Shown: one piece after another, positions 1-8,996 of the stretch
How the letters are laid out: the number at the start of each line of letters is the position of its first letter
How positions within the stretch are numbered: the stretch's first letter is position 1
DNA from: Bacteroidales bacterium
GTDB lineage: Bacteria > Bacteroidota > Bacteroidia > Bacteroidales > UBA7960
Length of the DNA stretch: 64,000 bases
Direction: 5' to 3'
Assembly (NCBI GenBank): GCA_003567205.1
Contig: PXAA01000067.1
Location: 1,578 to 65,577, forward strand
Program-made: the position numbers and the translations under genes
The notes under the pieces: generated by a model
Databases searched by the model: none
Told to the model about the DNA's origin: nothing
What the model saw: only the letters and a program-made list of their open reading frames with translations

Positions 1-702
1 GCCGGTGCAGGCGGCACAGAAAGCCAGGACTGGGCTGAAATGCTCATGCGCATGTACCTGCGCTGGGGCGAACGAAACAATTACAAGTCGAAAGTCCTGA
101 ATGTACAGGAAGGGGAAGGTGCCGGCATCAAAAATGCCTCCATCGAATTCGAAGGGGACAATGCCTATGGTTATCTGAAGGGTGAGAACGGGGTACACCG
201 TCTGGTACGCTTATCCCCATTCGACTCCAACCACAAACGGCATACATCCTTTGCTTCGGTATATGCTTACCCCCTGGTGGATGAAAATATTCATATAGAG
301 ATCAACCCGGCCGACCTCAACTGGGACACGTTCCGCTCAAGTGGCCCGGGCGGCCAGAATGTCAACAAGGTGGAAAGCGCCGTTCGCGTCAGGCACGCCC
401 CCTCCGGCATTATTGTAGAATGTCAGGAAACCCGATCCCAAAACCAGAACAAGGAAAAAGCCCTTATCATGCTGAAGTCTCAATTGTATGAATTGGAGCT
501 GAGAAAAAAACGGGAAAAGATCGACGCCATTGAGAGCAGTAAGAAGAAAATCGAATGGGGGTCACAGATCAGAAGCTATGTTTTTCATCCGTATAAAATG
601 GTAAAAGACCTGCGCACAGGGGTGGAAACATCTAATGTTCAGGATGTTATGGATGGAAACATCGATGACTTTATCAAAGCCTACCTGATTGAATTTGCTT
701 AA
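1..702 (+). CDS. prfB: Peptide chain release factor 2 (5' part outside window)
   Basis: Frame open from base 1 ([14 protein letters not shown]); [12 protein letters not shown] with the RF2-specific SPF motif; GGQ motif; WGSQIRSYV. Confidence 0.97.
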   Translation, partial: AGAGGTESQDWAEMLMRMYLRWGERNNYKSKVLNVQEGEGAGIKNASIEFEGDNAYGYLKGENGVHRLVRLSPFDSNHKRHTSFASVYAYPLVDENIHIEINPADLNWDTFRSSGPGGQNVNKVESAVRVRHAPSGIIVECQETRSQNQNKEKALIMLKSQLYELELRKKREKIDAIESSKKKIEWGSQIRSYVFHPYKMVKDLRTGVETSNVQDVMDGNIDDFIKAYLIEFA

Positions 703-828
703 TTTTTTTCACCTCAATGAGTTAGCTATAATTCGTTGATAACTTTTGATTTTTGTTAATAACAAGTCTTGCTTTTCCATTGTTTTGTTTCTTAACTTCG
801 TCGTTACGACTTCGCCTCGCTTTTTATA

Positions 829-836
829 TACCTTTG
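829..836 (+). promoter_or_regulatory. Bacteroidota sigma-A -7 element upstream of nrdJ
   Basis: TACCTTTG matches TAnnTTTG, about 50 nt before the start. Confidence 0.45.
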
Positions 837-884
837 GGTTTTTTACTTAAGACGCTCTATATCAGGGTGTAAAGACTAAAATTT

Positions 885-3551
885 GTGAGTATGGGCAACA
901 AAACTACTGTAAACGACAAAACACAGCAAAACAGGCAAGACGGGAAAAGTAAGAATCTTTATGAAGAGATGCTTGACAATCGTGTGGATATCGAAACAGA
1001 GCAAAGCAAGGAAGAATTCATTGGCCCATCGTTTACAAAGTACGATTATGAGCAGGTGCTGTCTATGGCCACGGAATATTTTAAGGGCGACAGCCTGGCA
1101 GCCAGTGTCTGGGTCAACAAATATGCACTCAAAGATTCAGACGGCAACCTGTATGAAAGGACACCCGACGACATGCATCGCCGCATTGCACGGGAGATCC
1201 ATCGAATAGAGAAAAATTACCCCAACCCCATATCCGAAGAGACCATTTTTTCATTGCTGAAAGACTTCCGCTACATTGTTCCGCAAGGCAGCCCGATGGC
1301 CGGTATCGGCAACCCTTTTCAGATTGGGTCCCTGTCTAATTGTTTTGTAATCGGAAACAAAGGGGGTGCCGACTCATACGGCGGCATCATGAAGATCGAC
1401 GAGGAACAGGTGCAACTGATGAAGCGACGCGGCGGCGTGGGCCACGATCTGTCACATATCCGCCCCAAAGGCAGCCCTGTAAAAAACAGCGCACTGACCT
1501 CTACCGGCCTGGTGCCTTTTATGGAACGCTATTCCAACTCCACCCGTGAAGTTGCTCAGGACGGAAGACGGGGCGCCCTGATGCTTACCGTTTCGGTTAA
1601 GCATCCGGATGCCGAAGGCTTTATTGATGCAAAGCTGGAGCAGGGAAAGGTTACCGGGGCGAACGTTTCGGTAAAGATCACCGATGAGTTTATGCAGGCC
1701 GTGACCGAAGACAGGGAATTCGTGCAACAATATCCCATTCACTCTGAGAACCCGACCTATGTGAAAAAAATACAAGCCAGGGCGTTGTGGGGAAAAATCG
1801 TACACAACGCATGGAGGTCGGCCGAACCGGGCATTTTGTTCTGGGACACCATCATCAGGGAATCGGTGCCGGACACTTACGCAGACCTTGGGTTCACCAC
1901 AGTATCCACCAATCCCTGCGGGGAGATCCCCCTGTGCCCTTACGACAGTTGCCGGCTGCTGGCCATTAACCTGTTCGGATTTGTAAGGCATCCTTTTACG
2001 GAAAATGCCAGCTTTGACTTTGACTTGTTCAGGCAACATGTGGCCTATGCACAAAGGATCATGGACGACATCATTGACCTGGAACTTGAAAAGATCAACA
2101 ACATCCTGAATAAGATTTCCACAGACCCGGAAGTAAATGAAATAAAAAGTGTGGAACACAAACTGTGGGAGAAGATCAGGGACAAATGCATAGAAGGACG
2201 CCGCACGGGCATTGGCATTACCGCCGAAGGCGATATGCTGGCCGCCCTTGGTTACCGCTACGGGACCCCGGAAGCTAACGATTTTTCGGTACGCATCCAT
2301 CAATGTCTGGCCACAGAAGCCTATCGCTCCTCTGTTAAGCTGGCAGCCGACCGGGGTGCCTTCCCCGTGTATGATGCCGAAAGGGAATCCGGCAATCCTT
2401 TTATACAGCGTCTGAAAGAAAGCGATCCGGGCCTGTATGAAGAGATGCAGTCTGTCGGACGCAGAAACATAGCCTTGCTGACAATAGCCCCCACAGGCAG
2501 TGTATCTATCCTTACACAAACTACATCGGGCATTGAGCCGGTCTTTATGGTTGCCTACAAAAGGCGCCGCAAAGTAAATCCCAACGACAAGAACGTGCGG
2601 GTCGATTTCATAGACGAGGTAGGAGACCACTGGGAAGAATACAATGTATTCCATCACAAATTTGTAGACTGGCTGAAAGTGAACGACTTTGATGTAGATG
2701 AAATCAGAAGCATGAAGGATGATGAACTGAAAGACATCATCCGCCGCTCTCCCTATTATAAAGCAACGGCCAATGATGTGGACTGGGTGGCCAAGGTGCA
2801 TATGCAGGGGGCCGTACAAAAATGGGTGGACCACTCCATCAGTGTTACGGTGAACGTACCCGGCAATGTGACTGAGGAATTGGTGGGTCAAATATATCAA
2901 ACCGGCTGGGAAAGTGGCTGCAAAGGTATTACGGTTTACCGCGATGGCTCCCGGTCGGGTGTACTGGTCAACGACAACAAAAAAGACAAGAACGAGTTCA
3001 GGGAAACAGACGCACCCAGGCGTCCGAAGATCCTCGAAGCCGAAGTGGTCCGCTTTAATAACGAAGCAGAAAAATGGCTGGCTGTGGTGGGGCTGCTTAA
3101 CGACAGGCCGTATGAAATCTTTACCGGGAAAGCGGAAGGTTTTTACCTGCCACCGGAAGTGGACAAAGGCTTTGTGCTTAAAAACCGGCTGAAAGGAGGG
3201 GAAAAACGCTACGATTTTCAATTTCAAGACAACGACGGCTATAAGGTAACCATCGAAGGGTTGTCCCGGTCATTCCACAAAGAATACTGGAATTATGCCA
3301 AACTCATTTCCGGGATCCTGCGGCACGGGATGCCCCTGCCCTCGGTGATCGATGTCATTGAAGACCTGAGTTTACACAGCGACCGGCTGCATACCTGGAA
3401 AAATGGTGTGGTACGAGCCCTGAAGAAATTCATTCCCGATGGCACCAAGGCAAAAGGCCGCATCTGCAGCAATTGCCACCACGAAGACTCTGTTATCTAC
3501 CAGGAAGGCTGCCTAACATGCACCAACTGCGGAGAAAGCAAGTGTGGTTGA
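885..3551 (+). CDS. nrdJ: Adenosylcobalamin-dependent (class II) ribonucleotide reductase with C-terminal Zn-ribbon
   Basis: SLSNCFV, TNPCGEIPL, IAPTGS, DHSISVTVN, KGITVYRDGSR; ends CxxC...CxxC...KCG; no beta-subunit gene nearby. Start may be 891 or later. Confidence 0.95.
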   Translation: MSMGNKTTVNDKTQQNRQDGKSKNLYEEMLDNRVDIETEQSKEEFIGPSFTKYDYEQVLSMATEYFKGDSLAASVWVNKYALKDSDGNLYERTPDDMHRRIAREIHRIEKNYPNPISEETIFSLLKDFRYIVPQGSPMAGIGNPFQIGSLSNCFVIGNKGGADSYGGIMKIDEEQVQLMKRRGGVGHDLSHIRPKGSPVKNSALTSTGLVPFMERYSNSTREVAQDGRRGALMLTVSVKHPDAEGFIDAKLEQGKVTGANVSVKITDEFMQAVTEDREFVQQYPIHSENPTYVKKIQARALWGKIVHNAWRSAEPGILFWDTIIRESVPDTYADLGFTTVSTNPCGEIPLCPYDSCRLLAINLFGFVRHPFTENASFDFDLFRQHVAYAQRIMDDIIDLELEKINNILNKISTDPEVNEIKSVEHKLWEKIRDKCIEGRRTGIGITAEGDMLAALGYRYGTPEANDFSVRIHQCLATEAYRSSVKLAADRGAFPVYDAERESGNPFIQRLKESDPGLYEEMQSVGRRNIALLTIAPTGSVSILTQTTSGIEPVFMVAYKRRRKVNPNDKNVRVDFIDEVGDHWEEYNVFHHKFVDWLKVNDFDVDEIRSMKDDELKDIIRRSPYYKATANDVDWVAKVHMQGAVQKWVDHSISVTVNVPGNVTEELVGQIYQTGWESGCKGITVYRDGSRSGVLVNDNKKDKNEFRETDAPRRPKILEAEVVRFNNEAEKWLAVVGLLNDRPYEIFTGKAEGFYLPPEVDKGFVLKNRLKGGEKRYDFQFQDNDGYKVTIEGLSRSFHKEYWNYAKLISGILRHGMPLPSVIDVIEDLSLHSDRLHTWKNGVVRALKKFIPDGTKAKGRICSNCHHEDSVIYQEGCLTCTNCGESKCG

Positions 3552-3554
3552 TGT

Positions 3555-5141
3555 CTAAGACAGGTAAATGAACTCCCCAACCCCAATGGGCAGATTCAGC
3601 GCAAACCAAACAAAGAGCAAGACCATCCACATAATGAAAAGGATCACCGCGTAGGGGATCAGCAACGATACAATGGTCCCGATGCCGATGTTCTTGTTGT
3701 ATTTATGTATCCATCCCAGCAACAAGGGGAAGTACACATAGAGGGGTGTCACACAATTGGTAATGGAATCGCCGACACGGTACATCAATTGCACAAATGC
3801 CGGGCTGTAATTGAGTTGTGCCAGCATGGGTATAAAAATGGGCGCAAAAATGGCCCATTTGGCTGATCCGCTTCCCAGGAATATATTCAGAAAAGCCACC
3901 AGGACCATATAGAACACGAACAGAATAGGACCCGTCAATCCGGTCGATTTCAGGAAATCGGCACCGGTAATGGCCAGAATGGTATCCAGATTTGACCAAC
4001 TGAAAAGGTTAATAAACTGTGCAACAATCAGCATCAGCACAATGTAGCCCGAAAGCTCTTTCATGCCATGCTCCATCTGTTTTAACAGATCGTTGGGTTT
4101 TTTTATGGCCCCTGTGGCCTTTCCGTAATAATAACCGGGAATGGCAAAGAAAAAGAACAATATAGGGATCAGTCCGCGGAGAAAGGGTGATGGCACCACG
4201 CCACCTGTCACCGGATCGCGTAGCGGCCCCCACGAAGGTGCCACAAGCAAAATAATCAGCACCGAATAGATCAACAGTGAGATGCCGGCCCGTTTTAAGC
4301 CTTTTTTTTCTACCGGTGTCAGTTTCCCGTCCGTTACCGCATGATCGAAATTACCCAGCAACTCAAACTTCTGACAGCGCGGAATGGTATATCGACGGGC
4401 GATAAAGGCCCCGCCGAATGCCAGCAAAAATGTGGAAGCAATCATGAAATACCAGTTGGCCGTCGGACTGACTTCCATTCCGCCGGGCATATGGCTGGTA
4501 ATCTCTGTGCTGATCCCTGCCAATAATACATCCGTTCCGGCAATGAAGAAGTTGGCCGTAAACCCCGCCGTTGCGCCCGCATATCCTGCAACCAGCCCGG
4601 CAATGGGATGCAAACCCATTTGGGTAAAGATCAATGCGGCGATGGGCGGCACAATGACAATACCGGCATCCGAACCAATATTGCCACATGCACCAATAAT
4701 GAAGATTACCGGCAAAACGACTTTTTTCGGTACGGAGAATGCCACGGTGCGCATAGCCACCGCCAGCAAACCACTTCGCTCGGCAATGGATACACCCATC
4801 AACATTACCAGAACCAGGCCGAAGGGTGCAAAGTGGGCAAAATTGGTCACCACCTCCTCTACAAAACGCCGCAAGCCATCACCGGAGATCAGGTTTTTGG
4901 CTTCCACAAGGCTGCCGTCGTCAGGATGCACGGCACTTACGCCAAAATAGGCCGTAACGGTACTCAAAACAACAATCAGGATGGTGATCCAGACGAAGAT
5001 CCAGAAAGGATGGGGCAGTTTGTTCCCCATCACCTCTATCCATCGCAATAATCCTTTTGATCCGGTATCCGCGACCGGGTCAGGGCTTTCATTTCCTGTT
5101 AAATTCGCTGATTCCGGAGATCCTTTTTCTTGTTCAGCCAT
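3555..5141 (-). CDS. abgT: AbgT-family transporter (p-aminobenzoyl-glutamate transporter-like)
   Basis: GNKLPHPFWIF, NFAHFAPFG, GSGSAKWAIFAPIFIPM, YRVGDSITN; many TM segments. Confidence 0.9.
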   Translation of the reverse strand: MAEQEKGSPESANLTGNESPDPVADTGSKGLLRWIEVMGNKLPHPFWIFVWITILIVVLSTVTAYFGVSAVHPDDGSLVEAKNLISGDGLRRFVEEVVTNFAHFAPFGLVLVMLMGVSIAERSGLLAVAMRTVAFSVPKKVVLPVIFIIGACGNIGSDAGIVIVPPIAALIFTQMGLHPIAGLVAGYAGATAGFTANFFIAGTDVLLAGISTEITSHMPGGMEVSPTANWYFMIASTFLLAFGGAFIARRYTIPRCQKFELLGNFDHAVTDGKLTPVEKKGLKRAGISLLIYSVLIILLVAPSWGPLRDPVTGGVVPSPFLRGLIPILFFFFAIPGYYYGKATGAIKKPNDLLKQMEHGMKELSGYIVLMLIVAQFINLFSWSNLDTILAITGADFLKSTGLTGPILFVFYMVLVAFLNIFLGSGSAKWAIFAPIFIPMLAQLNYSPAFVQLMYRVGDSITNCVTPLYVYFPLLLGWIHKYNKNIGIGTIVSLLIPYAVILFIMWMVLLFVWFALNLPIGVGEFIYLS

Positions 5142-5153
5142 ATATGCTTGTGA

Positions 5154-7289
5154 TTAATCTTCCTCTTTTTGTTCTTCTTCATAAGCCTTCAGCAATTGAT
5201 CCTGAATATCCATGGGCACTTGCTGATACTCGGCGAACTTCATATTATAGGTGGCACGGCCACTGGTCAGGGAGCTGAGGCTGGTGGAATAACGGTTCAT
5301 TTCGGCCAGGGGTGCTTTTGCCCTGATTTTCTGATAATTGCCCTCGCTTTCCATGCCCATAATGAGTGCACGACGTCCCTGCAGGTCTGTCATTACATCA
5401 CCCATTTTCTCTTCCGGCACCATTACTTCCACATCGTAAATAGGCTCCATAATTTTGGGTCCGGCATTTTTGAAAGCCTCCCTGAAGGCATTCCGCCCGG
5501 CAAGTTTGAAGGAAATTTCATTGGAGTCGACCGGGTGCATCTTACCATCATAAACGTTTACAACGATATCACTGGCATAGGATCCGGTCAGCGGGCCTTC
5601 TTCCATTTTTTCCATTACCCCTTTGAGGATGGCCGGCATAAAACGGGCGTCAATGGAACCGCCCACAATACAATTGTTGAATACCAGCCTGCCTCCCCAG
5701 TTCAGCTCATGAACATCCTGCTTGCGGACAGAAAATTCTTTCTGATCGGGTTTGCCTTCCTGGTAAGGTTCAATCATCATATATACCTCGCCAAATTGTC
5801 CGGCTCCACCCGACTGTTTTTTGTGGCGGTAGGTTGACTTGGCCGGTTTGGTAATGGTTTCACGATAGGGGATCTTGGGGGTAATAAACTCAATATCCAC
5901 CTTGTGGATGTTTTCGAGCATCCATTTGGCCACATTCAGATGCATTTCGCCCTGACCTGACAAAATCATCTGTTTCAGTTCTTTAGACTGCTCATAAATC
6001 AAGGTCGGGTCGATGTTGTTCATTTCCCGCAGCACAGTGCCCAGCTTTTCTTCGTCGCCGGTATTTTTGGCTTTGACAGCGGTACGGTGCTTGGGATCGG
6101 GAAATACAATGGGCGATACATTTGTCCCCTGGTTCTTCGGGCCGGTAAGCGTATCGTTGGTGTTGGTGTCTTTCAGCTTGATGGTAGCGGCCAGGTCACC
6201 AGACATTATTTTTTCTACCTTCTGCCTGTTCTTGCCGGCCACTAAGAATAGCTGCGACAGCCTTTCTTTTGAACTGGTGTTAACATTGATCAGGTCGGCT
6301 GACTCAGCAATGCTGCCCTCAAATACACGAAAAAACGAAAGTTCACCAAGGTGGGGTTCCACAGCCGTCTTAAATACAAAAGCCACGGGATCTTTCGACC
6401 CGTCAAACAAGAGTTCTTTGCCTTCGGTATCTTTAACGGGTGTTACCTCGTTCGGCCCGGGCAGGTTTTCAGTGATACATTCCATAAAGCGTGCCACCCC
6501 CTGGTTATTCTTGGCCGAAGCACACATAATGGGATACATGGTGCGGGTGGCAATGCCCTGCCTGATTCCTTTCGACAATTCCTCCTCGGTGAGGGTGCCA
6601 TTTTCAAAGAAAGCCTCCATCAGCGCTTCTTCGCTCTCAGCGGCAGCTTCGATGATGGCGTTGCGGTATTCTTCCGCCTTGCCGGCTTCATCGGCAGGAA
6701 TGTCCGTAATCTCCGGCGTACCGCCATCCTTCGGAAATTTGTAAAGTTTCATTTTCAGCACATCCACCACACTGTCGAAACCATGACCGGCATTGACAGG
6801 ATACTGGGCAATGATGGCCTTGTCGCCAAACTGGGCCTTGAGCTGGCGGATGTTCTCGTCAAAATTGGCTTTTTCATGTTCCAGCTGGTTTACAAGGAAT
6901 ACCACAGGTTTTTCCAGGTGGGTAATCTGCCGCCAGGTGATCTCTGTTCCAACCTCTACACCGTTCTGGGCATTGATGACCATTACCGCAGTATCAACCA
7001 CCTTTAAGGCAGCGATCACCTCTCCGATAAAATCATCAAAGCCGGGTGCATCAATGATATTGATTTTTTGTCCGCCAAACTCGGCATACAATACGGTAGA
7101 CGACACAGAGGCCTGACGGTCAAGTTCTACATCCCGGTAATCAGAAACAGTGTTTTTGTCATCAACCGACCCCCTTCTTTTTATTACACCACCCTCAAAC
7201 AACATGGCTTCGGCAAGGGTGGTTTTCCCGGCCTTTGCCCCGCCAACAAGGGCAATGTTTTTCAGTTCGTTTGTCTGATATATTTTCAT
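5154..7289 (-). CDS. fusA2: Elongation factor G paralog (EF-G2 / EF-G II)
   Basis: Five-domain EF-G layout (GKTT, HKKQSGGAGQFG, DSNEISFKLAG, EPIY); divergent switch motifs; outside the str operon. Confidence 0.92.
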   Translation of the reverse strand: MKIYQTNELKNIALVGGAKAGKTTLAEAMLFEGGVIKRRGSVDDKNTVSDYRDVELDRQASVSSTVLYAEFGGQKINIIDAPGFDDFIGEVIAALKVVDTAVMVINAQNGVEVGTEITWRQITHLEKPVVFLVNQLEHEKANFDENIRQLKAQFGDKAIIAQYPVNAGHGFDSVVDVLKMKLYKFPKDGGTPEITDIPADEAGKAEEYRNAIIEAAAESEEALMEAFFENGTLTEEELSKGIRQGIATRTMYPIMCASAKNNQGVARFMECITENLPGPNEVTPVKDTEGKELLFDGSKDPVAFVFKTAVEPHLGELSFFRVFEGSIAESADLINVNTSSKERLSQLFLVAGKNRQKVEKIMSGDLAATIKLKDTNTNDTLTGPKNQGTNVSPIVFPDPKHRTAVKAKNTGDEEKLGTVLREMNNIDPTLIYEQSKELKQMILSGQGEMHLNVAKWMLENIHKVDIEFITPKIPYRETITKPAKSTYRHKKQSGGAGQFGEVYMMIEPYQEGKPDQKEFSVRKQDVHELNWGGRLVFNNCIVGGSIDARFMPAILKGVMEKMEEGPLTGSYASDIVVNVYDGKMHPVDSNEISFKLAGRNAFREAFKNAGPKIMEPIYDVEVMVPEEKMGDVMTDLQGRRALIMGMESEGNYQKIRAKAPLAEMNRYSTSLSSLTSGRATYNMKFAEYQQVPMDIQDQLLKAYEEEQKEED

Positions 7290-7414
7290 AACAACATCAC
7301 AATGTTTAAATGTATATACTATTTGGAATAATTATCTGTCAAAAAAAGCGGCTAAAGTTAACAAAAAAAGCCAGAAGCAGCCGCAAAAAATCAAAATAAA
7401 CGGCAGAAAACGGC

Positions 7415-8329
7415 TTATATGGAGAATGATACAAGTTTAACAAATTCCACAAGCCGCTCCTGAATATCTTCCCCTGAAATTTCCATCAAGCGCTCTGTGC
7501 CGAATTTCTCCACAGAGAAGCTTGCCAGTGCCGCACCGTATATCAGCCCGTTCTTCATACTTTCAAAAGAAATGTCATCGACCTTTGTCAGGTAACCCAT
7601 AAAACCTCCGGCAAATGAGTCACCGGCACCCGTAGGGTCAACCACCGCTTCGAGTGGCATGGCTGGTGCATAAAATTTCTGGTCCCTGTAAAAAAGCAGG
7701 GCGCCATACTCTCCGCGTTTTACAATAATGTATTCCGGGCCCATTTCACTGATCTTTTGTGCAGCCTTCACCAGCGAATATTCACCCGACAGCTGCCGCG
7801 CTTCTTCTTCATTCACAGCCAGCACATCCACCATAGACACCACCGACAACAAATCATCCCATGCAGTGTCCATCCAGAAATTCATGGTATCCATGCAAAT
7901 GAGCTTTGGACGCCGGTCCATCTGCTCAATGACTTTTTTTTGAATGGAAGGGGTTAAGTTGCCCAGCATTAAATACTTGCTGTCGCGATAGGCCTCAGGC
8001 AATACCGGGTTGAAATCGGCCAGTACATTGAGTTCGGTGGCCAGGGTATCGCGCTGGTTCAGGTTGTTGTGGTAACGTCCGGACCAGTAAAATGATTTTT
8101 CTCCGGGAACCACCTGAATGCCGGAGGTATCCAGGTTGCGCGCCGAAAAAGCATCCAGGTATTTTTGTGGAAAATCCCCGCCCACAACCGCAGATATTCG
8201 TATGTCTTTGATCAGGTGACTGGCTGCCAACGCCACATAGGTGGCTGCCCCACCCAGAATCTTGCCTGTTTTTGCCAAAGAAGTTTCGATCTCATCGAAG
8301 GCCACCGTGCCCACTACCAATAAGCTCAT
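7415..8329 (-). CDS. PfkB-family carbohydrate/nucleoside kinase
   Basis: LGGAATY, NEEEA, DPTGAGDSFAGG PfkB signature. Confidence 0.9.
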   Translation of the reverse strand: MSLLVVGTVAFDEIETSLAKTGKILGGAATYVALAASHLIKDIRISAVVGGDFPQKYLDAFSARNLDTSGIQVVPGEKSFYWSGRYHNNLNQRDTLATELNVLADFNPVLPEAYRDSKYLMLGNLTPSIQKKVIEQMDRRPKLICMDTMNFWMDTAWDDLLSVVSMVDVLAVNEEEARQLSGEYSLVKAAQKISEMGPEYIIVKRGEYGALLFYRDQKFYAPAMPLEAVVDPTGAGDSFAGGFMGYLTKVDDISFESMKNGLIYGAALASFSVEKFGTERLMEISGEDIQERLVEFVKLVSFSI

Positions 8330-8386
8330 TCAATTAGGTTTTTTATCAAAACAGGCCACACCACCCGGGCATGGCCCTAAATCTGT

Positions 8387-8968
8387 TTATTTAACATATA
8401 ATTTCTTTGCCATGCTGGCTACCCTTTCGCCCAGGGCCCTTCCCTTTTCAAGAAAGTCCGGATGAATCGGTTCATCCTGCGGAAAGAATGACTCCCCGCG
8501 GATGGCTGATGCGCCAAAAGGGGAACTCCAGTCGGGGCCACCCATTACGATCATTCCAAATATGAGCATTGACTGCAGAATGTTCATCTGGACCAGTTCC
8601 TCTCCGGCCGACACACCCCCTGCAGTAACAAAAGCAGCACCCAGTTTACCTTTCAGGGGAGCTTCTTCAAATGGCCAGGAAGCGATAAAGGCCGACACCT
8701 CGGGTGTAACATTGGCGTTGTAAACGGGGCTGCCCACAATGATGGCATCGGCAGCCTTCAGGTCTTCCCAGCTGGTCTGATCGACGGTTTTCAGGACCAC
8801 CCTGACGCCTTCCACCTGAGAAGCACCTTCCATCACTGCCCGGGCCATGGCTTCTGTATTTCCCGTGACACTGTGGTAACTGATCAGCACAAGGGTCTCT
8901 CCGGCATAGCTGACCGGGATCCACAACATCGTCATGATGAAAAAGAATGTTTTGGCGAACTTGTTCAT
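8387..8968 (-). CDS. WrbA-like flavodoxin/NAD(P)H:quinone oxidoreductase with N-terminal signal peptide
   Basis: YHSVTGNTEAMA FMN loop, ADAIIVGSPVY, GKLGAAF; hydrophobic N-terminus ending SYA. Confidence 0.85.
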   Translation of the reverse strand: MNKFAKTFFFIMTMLWIPVSYAGETLVLISYHSVTGNTEAMARAVMEGASQVEGVRVVLKTVDQTSWEDLKAADAIIVGSPVYNANVTPEVSAFIASWPFEEAPLKGKLGAAFVTAGGVSAGEELVQMNILQSMLIFGMIVMGGPDWSSPFGASAIRGESFFPQDEPIHPDFLEKGRALGERVASMAKKLYVK

Positions 8969-8996
8969 GTGTACGGATGATTTGGTTTGTTTTATA

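Noticed and set aside
851-870. NrdR-box-like GCTCTATATCAGGGTG upstream of nrdJ
   Set aside because: Several mismatches in the 3' half and only one copy
1452-3227. 591-aa antisense ORF inside nrdJ, and many similar shadow ORFs in the track
   Set aside because: Lies wholly opposite a conserved gene and has no recognisable motifs; explained by sense-strand codon bias
703-3551. Cobalamin riboswitch before nrdJ, or an intein/intron within it
   Set aside because: No B12-box in the AT-rich spacer; the protein has ordinary length and continuous RNR motifs
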